DNA from: an uncultured Rhizobiaceae bacterium
Lineage (GTDB): Bacteria; Pseudomonadota; Alphaproteobacteria; Reyranellales; Reyranellaceae
DNA length: 24,000 nt
Reading direction: 5' to 3'
Assembly (NCBI GenBank): GCA_964437145.1
Contig: CAYTFW010000015.1
Coordinates: forward strand, 24,115 to 48,114
Below the pieces are notes generated by a model. The model was not told where the DNA came from. It saw only the letters and a list, made by a program, of their open reading frames with translations, and searched no databases. Each line of letters starts with the position of its first letter. Positions within the stretch are counted from its first letter, which is position 1. The translations under genes and the position numbers were made by a program. Positions 8,435 to 16,588 of this stretch are shown here, piece after piece.

Positions 8435-8755
8435 TCAGCCCAACGCCAGCTCGGCGCCGGTGGCGGCGCGGATCTCCTCGCGCAGCATCAGCGCCAGATC
8501 GCGCCCGCCACGCGTGTCGATCCAACGATCCGAACCCTGTTCGCGCGCGAAATGCGTGGCACCGGAGGCCGGCGAGGACACCCAGATCTGCCGCGTCGGC
8601 GCGTGCTTGTTGATCACGTAGGTGCCGCCATCCTCGAGCTCGACGGTCAGGATGCCGTTCTCGAGATCGACCTCGGCGCCCGGCAACGCATCCTCGAAGG
8701 CGCTGGTGAGCGCCACAAGAAAGCGGCTCGCGTCACTGTCAAAGGCGGTGTCCAT
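8435..8755 (-). CDS. cyaY: Iron donor protein CyaY (bacterial frataxin)
   Basis: MDTAFDSDASRFLVALTSAFEDAL...ENGILTVELEDGGTYVINKHAPTRQIWVSSPASGATHF...WIDTRGG aligns by eye along the full length of E. coli CyaY. Its stop is 7 nt from the ABC exporter start on the same strand. ATG 8779 is an alternative upstream start. Confidence 0.85.
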   Translation of the reverse strand: MDTAFDSDASRFLVALTSAFEDALPGAEVDLENGILTVELEDGGTYVINKHAPTRQIWVSSPASGATHFAREQGSDRWIDTRGGRDLALMLREEIRAATGAELALG

Positions 8756-8895
8756 GCGGAAAGCGGGCCTGCCGGGCAAGGCGTTGAAATCAAACGGTTG
8801 CCGCGCCTATAGCAGGCGTCCCGGCGGGCAACAAGGCGGGTGGAGGTCGCGGCTATCAACGACGCCACTCTGACACAGGGTCGCGCCGAAGGCGC

Positions 8896-10464
8896 CTACA
8901 CCGGGTCGTCTCCCGGGGGCAGCGCGGCGGTCTGCTTGCCTTGCAATCCCTCATCGACCAGCCGACCAAGAAAGCGCGCGAAGGGAACGATGTTCTGACG
9001 GGCACTGGCCTCCTCGAGCGCGGCCATGTACGCGGCACGGCGTTGCAGAGGAACGACCGTCCAGGGATAGCCGCCAGCGGCCATCATCACGTTCATGAGG
9101 AAGCGGCCGGTGCGACCATTGCCGTCCATATAGGGATGGATATAGACGAAGACGAAATGGCCGAGCACTGCACGCACGGCCGAGTCGGCTTCCTCCTCCA
9201 GCATCTCGAACAACACCGACATGGCGTCGGGTACCGCTTCAAAGCGCGGCGGCACATGCATCGATTGCCGGATGTAGACGGGCGCGTTGCGATAACCCTC
9301 GAGGTCGGCCGGCCGTAGCAAACCCGCGGTGACGCTCGGGGTGAACATTTCCCGGTACCAAGTACCATGGTCGTCGCCGGCAACCTTGCCAGCGTTCTCG
9401 CCGCGCAGCACGCGGGCGAGACCCTTCTGCACCGCCTGGAATGACTGCCAATATCCCCGAGCCGCAAGCGCGTCCCGGTGCTTTCTGTCTCGCTCATCCC
9501 TGTCGGGATTCCAATCGCCGCCGCGGACGCGGTCGATCAGCGTCGGGCCGACGCGATATCCCTCGATCGACAGCGAATGGTAGGCATCCGTGACATAGGC
9601 GTCCCGCACGCGCCTGAGATAGGCCGTGGCGCCTCTCGGCTTACCGGGCGAAGGAGGAAAAACGTCGACAACCGGCGAGCGCATCTGCCGCCAGATCAAG
9701 CGGATGCGGCCGGCGTACGGCGACAGCTCGCGCCTGGGCAGGGCCAGATTGAGCTTCGTCGCGAAGGGATCGTGCTCGTGCACGACGTAATCGGCGGCGC
9801 GCATGGCGGCGACGATGTCGTCGGCGATGTGATCACGCCCGATGTTGCGGAAGGCTCCGGCGAGGCGACCGGCAACCTTGCTGTGGCCGCCTTCGAGAAG
9901 CCGGCCCAGGACTTCGGATGCATCGCGGATCAGGGCCAGCGCGGCGCGTGCGTCGGTAGGGTTGGTTTCGAAGAACCCCGGCGAACTCGCGATCAACGCC
10001 GCGGGAAGCGCGAACAGGCGCAGGCCATCCTGTTCATGAATGTCACTTTCCTTCGGCACGTTCAGACGGGCATCGAACAGCGACGTGCCATGGGGGAGAG
10101 ACGTCAGGTTGTTCGCACCTTTAGGGGAGCGTACGAGAAGCTGACGGGGAACCCCGTAGTTTTGGGTGTGGAGGGAGAGCGAACTCTCCGGCGAGAGACA
10201 CCAGTTCTTGCCGAAGCGCGCGTGCAGGTAGGCGGCGCAGAAGGTCCAAAACGACCCATACCAAGCCCGACTTCCACCAGGCTCGCCATCAGGACGCGCC
10301 GGGATATACCAGCCCTTCATCACTTGTTGCAGGAAGCCATTCCTGACCAAGCGCCTGCGGTGCGTCGCCGAGAGATCCGAGGATCTGATCGCAAGCGTGC
10401 CTCTTTCCTGCAGCGCCCTCAGCACTTCCAACGATTGAGCCAACTTTTCCCGCGGCGTAGCCAT
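8896..10464 (-). CDS. Fic family protein (class II, with internal inhibitory helix) carrying a ~250-aa N-terminal AbiEi-like wHTH extension
   Basis: Fic motif HPYMDGNGRTGR at nt 9103-9138. Inhibitory (S/T)xxxE(G/N) motif SLSIEG at nt 9559-9576. The N-terminus ...LAIRSSDLSATHRRRLVRNGFLQQVMKGWYIP...CLSPESSLSLH... resembles AbiEi-type antitoxin domains. The gene is lower in GC than its flanks and has an AT-rich upstream region (10500-10640). Confidence 0.88.
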   Translation of the reverse strand: MATPREKLAQSLEVLRALQERGTLAIRSSDLSATHRRRLVRNGFLQQVMKGWYIPARPDGEPGGSRAWYGSFWTFCAAYLHARFGKNWCLSPESSLSLHTQNYGVPRQLLVRSPKGANNLTSLPHGTSLFDARLNVPKESDIHEQDGLRLFALPAALIASSPGFFETNPTDARAALALIRDASEVLGRLLEGGHSKVAGRLAGAFRNIGRDHIADDIVAAMRAADYVVHEHDPFATKLNLALPRRELSPYAGRIRLIWRQMRSPVVDVFPPSPGKPRGATAYLRRVRDAYVTDAYHSLSIEGYRVGPTLIDRVRGGDWNPDRDERDRKHRDALAARGYWQSFQAVQKGLARVLRGENAGKVAGDDHGTWYREMFTPSVTAGLLRPADLEGYRNAPVYIRQSMHVPPRFEAVPDAMSVLFEMLEEEADSAVRAVLGHFVFVYIHPYMDGNGRTGRFLMNVMMAAGGYPWTVVPLQRRAAYMAALEEASARQNIVPFARFLGRLVDEGLQGKQTAALPPGDDPV

Positions 10465-10728
10465 TTTCCAGGGCGCGCTCCGTAGCGAGGCTACATAGAC
10501 AAGATTTATCCCAGATACCGATATTGAGTTTTCTCATTCTACCAAAATTAAGTCTATTTCATATACTATATTTAAGTTTATCCGTTGTTCCTCTATCAAG
10601 TTTTTCCTTTGCGTCCTGATCGCGTTCGTTCATCGCTTCTCCGAGCCACCGCAAATCCCTTCGCGAACATTCGATCTTGCGGCCACTACCCTGAATCTCT
10701 TCGCGCTTTCCGCCCCTTTCCACCCCGC

Positions 10729-10757
10729 TTGCCCCCGCCCGACCTCTCCTATATAAG
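10729..10757 (+). promoter_or_regulatory. Candidate sigma70-type promoter of rpmE
   Basis: TTGCCC-N17-TATAAG (alternatively N15-TATATA), about 28 nt upstream of the GTG start of rpmE. Motif match only. Confidence 0.3.
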
Positions 10758-10784
10758 GCGCCGCTCGCGTCCGGAGATCGCCCC

Positions 10785-11021
10785 GTGAAAGAGAAGATTC
10801 ACCCGTCGTACCATGAGCTTACCGTCGTGATGACCGATGGCAGCTCGTTCAAGACCCGCTCGACCTATGGCGAGCCGGGCGGGACGCTGCGTCTCGATAT
10901 CGACCCCAAGACCCACCCGGCGTGGACCGGCGTCAGCAAGATGGTCGATCGCGGCGGTCGCGTGTCGCGATTCAACGAAAAATTCGGCGCACTCGGGCGT
11001 TCGGGCGGCAACAAGAAGTAG
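10785..11021 (+). CDS. rpmE: 50S ribosomal protein L31
   Basis: 78 aa with a GTG start. [29 protein letters not shown]...[13 protein letters not shown]...RFNEKFG is a clear L31 match. Confidence 0.93.
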   Translation: MKEKIHPSYHELTVVMTDGSSFKTRSTYGEPGGTLRLDIDPKTHPAWTGVSKMVDRGGRVSRFNEKFGALGRSGGNKK

Positions 11022-11057
11022 CCTCCGATCAAGAGTCCCCCAGCGGGGACATCGACC

Positions 11058-11082
11058 AACGCCCGGCCACTCGCCGGGCGTT
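11058..11082 (+). terminator. Stem-loop downstream of rpmE
   Basis: aacgcccggc-cactc-gccgggcgtt has a perfect 10-bp stem. There is no clear T-tract, so its terminator function is uncertain. Confidence 0.35.
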
Positions 11083-11131
11083 CGCATGTCGGGACCCCGG
11101 CGATGGCTTCCAGCCTCGAGGGGAGACCGTC

Positions 11132-11995
11132 ATGCGCAGCATCAGAATCCTCGGCGCCGGCGACGAGAGCCGGCTGAGCGCCTTCTTCGAACGCGCGCCC
11201 GACCGCACGCTGATGCAGCGCGCCAATCTGGCGCGCGCCGGCGCCGGCTGGCATGGCCAGCGTTATGGCGGCGTGTTCACTGGCGCCTTCGAGGGCGAGC
11301 GCCTGAGCGGCGTGATCGCGCATTACTGGAACGGCTTCCTGCTGCCGCTGGTGGGCGACATCGCGCGCGATTTCCGGCCGCTGCTCGACGCCCTGCTCGA
11401 CGCCTCGCCGCTGCCCGTCAACGGCGCGGTCGGCGACTGGGACCAGGTGACCGCGACGCTCCTGCACCCGCGCATCAACGGCCGCGCCGTGCGGCGCCGC
11501 GCGCGCGAGATCCTCTACGGCCTGCCGCTCGAGGCGCTGCGCGTGCCTGAAACGCTGCGCTTCGGCGAGATCACGGTGCGGCCGATCGAACTCGACGACA
11601 TGCCCATGCTGACGGCGTGGCGCATGGAGTTCCTCGTCGACACCTTCAAGCTGGCGCGCGGCCCCGCCACCTTCGACGAGGCGGCGGGCGATCTCGACGC
11701 CGCGCTCCAGGAAAAGCGCGGCTGGGTGGTCGAGGCCGATGGCCGCATGCTGGCCTATAGCGGCTTCAATGCGGCGCTGCCCGATGTGGTGCAGGTCGGC
11801 GGCGTCTACACACCGCCCTTCGCCCGCGCCCGTGGCCTGGCGCGCGCCGCGGTGGCCGGCAGCCTGCTCAAGGCGCGCGAAAGCGGCGCCAGCCGCGCCG
11901 CGCTGTTCACCGACGTCGCCAACGTTGCCGCCCAACGCGCCTACGGCGCGCTGGGCTTCACCGCGATCGGCGATTGGGGCATCGCGCGGTTCTGA
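11132..11995 (+). CDS. GNAT family N-acetyltransferase (two-lobed; paralog of 16589..17587)
   Basis: Starts MRSIRILGAGDE, with GAGGGGA upstream. The C-terminal acetyl-CoA-binding region is ...VGGVYTPPFARARGLARAAVAGSLL...AQRAYGALGFTAIG. The track ORF start at 10922 overlaps rpmE and was rejected. Confidence 0.8.
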   Translation: MRSIRILGAGDESRLSAFFERAPDRTLMQRANLARAGAGWHGQRYGGVFTGAFEGERLSGVIAHYWNGFLLPLVGDIARDFRPLLDALLDASPLPVNGAVGDWDQVTATLLHPRINGRAVRRRAREILYGLPLEALRVPETLRFGEITVRPIELDDMPMLTAWRMEFLVDTFKLARGPATFDEAAGDLDAALQEKRGWVVEADGRMLAYSGFNAALPDVVQVGGVYTPPFARARGLARAAVAGSLLKARESGASRAALFTDVANVAAQRAYGALGFTAIGDWGIARF

Positions 11996-12003
11996 CGCCG
12001 TTG

Positions 12004-12070
12004 GGGCCGCGCCGCTCCAGCGGCGCTCCTCATCCGTGAGACGAAGAGCGCCGCTGGAGCGGCGCGGCCC
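12004..12070. repeat. REP-B palindromic element, copy 2
   Basis: gggccgcgccgctccagcggcgctc - N17 - gagcgccgctggagcggcgcggccc has perfect 25-bp arms. It sits between convergent genes. Confidence 0.8.
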
Positions 12071-12086
12071 GGACGGCGCCTGACCT

Positions 12087-13073
12087 TCACTCGATCACCT
12101 CGTCGGCGCGGGCGAGCAGGGAGAGCGGGATGGTGAGGCCCAGCGCCCGCGCGATTTTCAGGTTGATCACCAGCTCGAACTTCGTCGGCTGCTGCACCGG
12201 CAGATCCGCGGGTTCGGCGCCCGCCAGGATCTTGCCCGTGTACACGCCGATCGGGCGAATCGCGCCTGGGATCGACGGGCCGTAGCTGATCAATCCGCCA
12301 TCGCTCACGTACGTCGCAATCTCGTAGATGGCCGGGATCGCCAGCTGGGCGGCCAGCGCCACGATCTGGGTACGCCGCACCAGAAACGGCAGCGACGAAC
12401 CGACCAGGATGGCCGAAGGACGGACCCGGGCCAGCCGGGCGAAGGCGGGTTCGATATCCGCCGCGCCACGGGCCTCCTCGACATGCAGCGATAGCCCCAT
12501 GCTCGCCGCGGCGTTGCGCACTTCCGGAAGTTCCAGCGGCGAGGCTCCCGGATCGCTCAGCAACGCCACTGACTTCAGGTTCGGCACCAGCGCGCCGAGG
12601 AGTTCCAGCCGCTTGGGACCGAGGCCGGCGACGTTGAGGCTCACCCCCGTGGCGTTGCGGCCGGGACGGCCCAGGCTGTCGACGAGGCCGAGCGCGACGG
12701 CGTCGCCGCCGCTCTGAAACACGATGGGAACGCTCGACGTCGCCTGGCTGGCGGCACGCGCCGCGGGTCCGCCGATCGCCACCAGCACGGCGACCTTGCG
12801 CGCGATGAATTCCCCGATCATCGCCGGGAGGCGATCGTAGTGGCCTTCCGCCCATGCGTACTCGATGGCGACGTTGCGCCCTTCGACGTAGCCAGCTTCC
12901 CGCAGGCCGTCATGAAACGCGGCGAGCCCGGTTGCCGCCGTTTCGGGCGAGGTGATGCTCACGTAACCGACCACCGGTGTGGCGGCTTGCCGGGCCAGCC
13001 CCTCCGGCACACGCGTCAGCAGCGGCCACGGCGACGCCGCCAGAAGAGCACGCCGCTTCACGCGCAGGCGCAT
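12087..13073 (-). CDS. ABC transporter substrate-binding protein, ABC_sub_bind (PF04392-like) family, orphan
   Basis: 328 aa with a signal-like N-terminus. The family-typical C-terminus is ...PVQQPTKFELVINLKIARALGLTIPLSLLARADEVIE. GGGAGA lies 7 nt upstream of the ATG. No permease or ATPase gene is adjacent. Confidence 0.85.
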   Translation of the reverse strand: MRLRVKRRALLAASPWPLLTRVPEGLARQAATPVVGYVSITSPETAATGLAAFHDGLREAGYVEGRNVAIEYAWAEGHYDRLPAMIGEFIARKVAVLVAIGGPAARAASQATSSVPIVFQSGGDAVALGLVDSLGRPGRNATGVSLNVAGLGPKRLELLGALVPNLKSVALLSDPGASPLELPEVRNAAASMGLSLHVEEARGAADIEPAFARLARVRPSAILVGSSLPFLVRRTQIVALAAQLAIPAIYEIATYVSDGGLISYGPSIPGAIRPIGVYTGKILAGAEPADLPVQQPTKFELVINLKIARALGLTIPLSLLARADEVIE

Positions 13074-13199
13074 GAGATTTCTCCCCGAGTCGAAAGCTTA
13101 AGGAATGCCGCCGACATGCGCCAGTCGCGTCGGGGCCTCGCCACCAACGCCCGCCGATTGCCCAACGCGACCGCGCGGGCCTAGTGTTCGGCGAACCGG

Positions 13200-14969
13200 A
13201 TGCAGCGGGAGCCTCCATTGCCGCGTGATCAGCGCAGGCTGACAGCGATCGTCGCCGCCGACGTCGTCGGCTATTCGCGCCTGATGGGCCGCGACGAGTC
13301 GGCGACCTTGGCGGCGCTGAAGGCCGTGCGCCGCGATGTCGTCGATCCGTGCGTCGCGGCGCATGGCGGACGCCTCGTCAAGACGACCGGCGATGGCCTG
13401 CTGCTGGCGTTCACCAGCGTGGTCGACGCCGTGCGCTGCGCGCTCGAGACGCAGGCGGCGATGGCGCGGCACGGCGCGGCGATCGCGCCCGACCGCCGCA
13501 TCGTGCTGCGCATCGGTGTCAATCTCGGCGACGTGATCATCGACGGCGACGACATCTTCGGCGACGGCGTCAACGTCGCGGCCCGCCTGCAGGAGATCGC
13601 CGCGCCCGGCGGCGTCTGCCTGTCGAACCGGGTGCACGACGACATCCGCCCCCACCTCGACACGGCCTTCGTGGATGGCGGCGAACGAACGCTGAAGAAC
13701 ATCGCGCGCGTGGTGCGGGTGTGGTCCTGGTCGCCCGATTGGGCCGGCGCCGCCGCGCCATCCGCGCCGCCTCTGCCACCGCCGCTGCCCGACAAGCCCT
13801 CCATCGCCGTGCTGCCCTTCGCCAACATGAGCGGCGATGCCGAGCAGGAGTATTTCGCCGACGGCGTGGTCGAGGACATCATCACGGCGCTGTCGCGCAA
13901 CAAGGCGCTGTTCGTCATCGCGCGCAACTCGACCTTCACGTACAAGGGCAAGGCCGTGGACATCAGGCGCGTCGGCCGCGAGCTCGGCGTGCGCTACGTG
14001 CTGGAAGGCAGCATCCGCCGCGCCGGCGAGCGCCTGCGCATCACCGGCCAGCTGATCGACGCCGGCAGTGGCAGCCACATCTGGGCGGACCGTTTCGAGG
14101 GTCGGCTGGAGGACGTCTTCGAGCTGCAGGACCAGCTCACAGCGCGTGTCGTCGGCGCCATCACGCCGGTGCTCGAGCAGTCCGAGATCGCGCGCGTCCT
14201 GCGCAAGCCGACCGAGAGCTTAGAGGCCTACGATCTCAGCCTGCGCGCGGTCACCGCCTATAACGCCTTCACGCGCGCGGGCAACGCCCAGGCCATCAGC
14301 CTGCTCGAGCGGGCGATGGCGCTCGATCCCGGCTTCGCGCTGGCCTACGGCTACTGCGCCCAGTGCTACACGCAGCGCCGCATCTGGGGCTGGGAGGGCG
14401 AAGCGCCCGACATATCCGTCCCGCTGGCGCGGCGTGCCCTGGAACTCGACAGGAGCGACGCGCGCGTGCTCGTCACCGCGGGCTATCACCTGCTCTACGT
14501 CGGCGGCCTGGACGAAGGCGCCGATCATGTCGACGACGCGGTCGAGATCGACCCGAACTACGCGGCGGGCTGGGCCGTCAACGGCCTGTGCCGGCTCTTC
14601 CTCGGGCGCGGCGACTGCGCGCCCTACTTCGAGCGCGCGCTGCGCCTGAGCCCGCTCGACCCCAGGCGATGGAACACGCGCAACGGCCTGGCGCAGGCGC
14701 ATTTCATCGCCGGCCGCTACGAGGAGTCGCTGCGCTGCTCGGCGCAGGCGCTGGGCGAGGTGCCGGGCTATCCGCCGTCGGCGCGCGTGCGCATCGCCGC
14801 GCTGGCGATGGCCGGCCGCCTCGACGAGGCGCGAGCCGCCTGCGCCGAGTATCTCGAAGCCAACCCGTCGATGCGCCTGGCGACCGTCAGGCGCTACCTG
14901 GTCTACCGGCGCGCCGAGGACGTCGAGAAATACCTCGAGGCCTTCCGGCTGGCCGGCATGCCGGCCTGA
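13200..14969 (+). CDS. Class III adenylate/guanylate cyclase domain protein with TolB-N-like linker and C-terminal TPR region
   Basis: Cyclase motifs are LTAIVAADVVGYSRLM, KTTGDGLLLAF and RIGVNLGDV...GDGVNVAARLQ. These are followed by PSIAVLPFANMSGDAEQEYFADG...RYVLEGSIRR and then TPR-like helices. Confidence 0.9.
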   Translation: MQREPPLPRDQRRLTAIVAADVVGYSRLMGRDESATLAALKAVRRDVVDPCVAAHGGRLVKTTGDGLLLAFTSVVDAVRCALETQAAMARHGAAIAPDRRIVLRIGVNLGDVIIDGDDIFGDGVNVAARLQEIAAPGGVCLSNRVHDDIRPHLDTAFVDGGERTLKNIARVVRVWSWSPDWAGAAAPSAPPLPPPLPDKPSIAVLPFANMSGDAEQEYFADGVVEDIITALSRNKALFVIARNSTFTYKGKAVDIRRVGRELGVRYVLEGSIRRAGERLRITGQLIDAGSGSHIWADRFEGRLEDVFELQDQLTARVVGAITPVLEQSEIARVLRKPTESLEAYDLSLRAVTAYNAFTRAGNAQAISLLERAMALDPGFALAYGYCAQCYTQRRIWGWEGEAPDISVPLARRALELDRSDARVLVTAGYHLLYVGGLDEGADHVDDAVEIDPNYAAGWAVNGLCRLFLGRGDCAPYFERALRLSPLDPRRWNTRNGLAQAHFIAGRYEESLRCSAQALGEVPGYPPSARVRIAALAMAGRLDEARAACAEYLEANPSMRLATVRRYLVYRRAEDVEKYLEAFRLAGMPA

Positions 14970-15016
14970 GCCCGACCGGCGGATCTATAGCTTGATCCGT
15001 GCAAACCGAATCGATC

Positions 15017-15083
15017 TGTCATTCCGAGCGCCGCGAGGAATCTTTCCGTTGCCGAAAGATTCCTCGCTGCGCTCGGAATGACA
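15017..15083. repeat. REP-C palindromic element
   Basis: tgtcattccgagcgccgcgaggaatctttc - cgttgcc - gaaagattcctcgctgcgctcggaatgaca has 30-bp arms with one mismatch. It sits between convergent genes. Confidence 0.8.
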
Positions 15084-15110
15084 GGGAATCCAAGCTGGTC
15101 GGATTCCGCT

Positions 15111-15461
15111 CTAGGCCCGCTGGCGCGCGCCCTTGCGCGGTTTCTTCGCCGTGACGCCCTGCCATGCCATCGTCAGCGCGCTTTTCGCCGTTGTGGCGTC
15201 GGCGGCGGCGAGGCGCAGTTGGGTGTTGCCGCGCAGGCCCCAGGTGCCCTTCACCGGCACGAAAACCTCCGGCGCGCTCGCCACCAGCATCTCCTGCTGC
15301 TCGGGCGCGAGCTTGACCACGGCCCAGGCGGCGTCGGGATAACCCATGGTCGCGAAGATCTTGCCACCGGCGCCGGCGCGGAAATCGGCGTGGCCGCCAT
15401 GCGCGCCTTCGATCGCGTCGGGCATCGAGAGCGCGAGCTTGCGGAAAGCGTCGGGCGTCAT
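15111..15461 (-). CDS. MmcQ/YjbR family DNA-binding protein
   Basis: 116 aa. MTPDAFRKLALSMPDAIEGAHGGHADFRAGAGGKIFATMGYPD...VVKLAPEQQ...VFVPVKGTWG fits the YjbR-like pattern. Confidence 0.72.
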   Translation of the reverse strand: MTPDAFRKLALSMPDAIEGAHGGHADFRAGAGGKIFATMGYPDAAWAVVKLAPEQQEMLVASAPEVFVPVKGTWGLRGNTQLRLAAADATTAKSALTMAWQGVTAKKPRKGARQRA

Positions 15462-15550
15462 GGCGTGATGCCAGCACGCCCGACGCGGCGACGAAAGCTT
15501 GTTTGAATAGCCGCGAATTGATGGGACAATTCCCGACCGTGGGTGACCGA

Positions 15551-16531
15551 ATGAAGCGACGTGGGGTGCTGTCGACGCTGGGCGCTTGCGCGGTGTCCTG
15601 GCCGTTCGCGACCCACGCGCAGCCTCGGGCGAAGGAGCACCGGATCGGTATCCTCACGCCGGCGCCGACGCAATGGCCGCCGGCGGAGGCGGATGCGTGG
15701 CAGCGGACCCTGGAGACTCTGGGTTACAGGGTCGGCGCAAATCTGACGATCGAGCGGCGCGACGCCGATGGACGGCTCGAGCGCTTGCCGCGACTGGCCC
15801 GGGAGCTCGTGGCGGCCCGGGTCGAAGCCATCGTCGCCGTCAACACGCCGGCCACCCGCGCCGCCATCGCCGCCACCAGCACGATCCCGATTCTCATGGC
15901 CAGCGTCGGCGACCCGGTGGCGACCAACCTGGTCGCCAGCCTGCGCCAGCCCGGCGCGAACGTCACCGGCGTGTCGCTCCAGGTCGGCGAGATCGCCGCC
16001 AAACGCCTGCAGCTCCTGAAGGAGTGCGTGCCCGCCGCCACGCGGGTCGCCGTTCTGATGCACCCCGACGATCCGATCGCGGCGCCGCAGATGCGCGATG
16101 TGACGGCGGCCGCGGCGCGTCTCGGCGGCGCCATCAAGTTCCTGCCGGTGCGCCAACCCGGCGACGTCGACGGCGCGTTCGCCGAGCTCGTCGCCTGGCG
16201 AGCGCAGGCGATCCTTCGGCTCGCGGGGCAGAGCCTGCTCGTGTCGCGGCCGACCATCGAGCTGGCGATGCGCCATCGCCTGCCGACGATGCTGGTGCTG
16301 AAATCGGACGTCAGGGCCGGCGCGCTGATGGCCTACGACGCCGATCGCGTCGACGCGGCGCGGCGCGTCGCGCACTACGTCGACAGAGTCCTGAAGGGCG
16401 GCAATCCCGCCCTGATGCCGATCGAGCAACCGACCAAGTTCGAGCTGGCGATCAACCTGCGCACGGCGAAGGCACTCGGCCTGAGCGTGCCTGTGGCGCT
16501 GCTCGCCGCCGCCGACGAGGTGATCGAATAG
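15551..16531 (+). CDS. ABC transporter substrate-binding protein, ABC_sub_bind (PF04392-like) family, orphan (paralog of 12087..13073)
   Basis: Starts MKRRGVLSTLGACAVSWPFATHAQ (signal peptide). The C-terminus ...IEQPTKFELAINLRTAKALGLSVPVALLAAADEVIE closely parallels that of the other SBP. Confidence 0.85.
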   Translation: MKRRGVLSTLGACAVSWPFATHAQPRAKEHRIGILTPAPTQWPPAEADAWQRTLETLGYRVGANLTIERRDADGRLERLPRLARELVAARVEAIVAVNTPATRAAIAATSTIPILMASVGDPVATNLVASLRQPGANVTGVSLQVGEIAAKRLQLLKECVPAATRVAVLMHPDDPIAAPQMRDVTAAAARLGGAIKFLPVRQPGDVDGAFAELVAWRAQAILRLAGQSLLVSRPTIELAMRHRLPTMLVLKSDVRAGALMAYDADRVDAARRVAHYVDRVLKGGNPALMPIEQPTKFELAINLRTAKALGLSVPVALLAAADEVIE

Positions 16532-16588
16532 CTTTGAACCGGTACGCGGATCGGCCACCATGGCACCCAGCGTCCAGGAGAGACCCGC

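Noticed and set aside
315-10757. Recurrent TTGCCC...(C)TATAGG-like motif upstream of efp (315-341), cyaY (minus strand, about 8800-8830) and rpmE (10729-10757) as a shared housekeeping promoter
   Set aside because: The spacers differ (about 14-17 nt depending on hexamer choice), and two of them are short for sigma70. The efp copy lies upstream of a terminator-like hairpin. Three loose matches in GC-rich DNA are not enough, so only the rpmE one is listed, at low confidence.
10922-11131. Upstream extension of the GNAT ORF overlapping rpmE
   Set aside because: It overlaps the well-supported L31 gene in another frame. The conserved GNAT sequence and an RBS begin at 11132.
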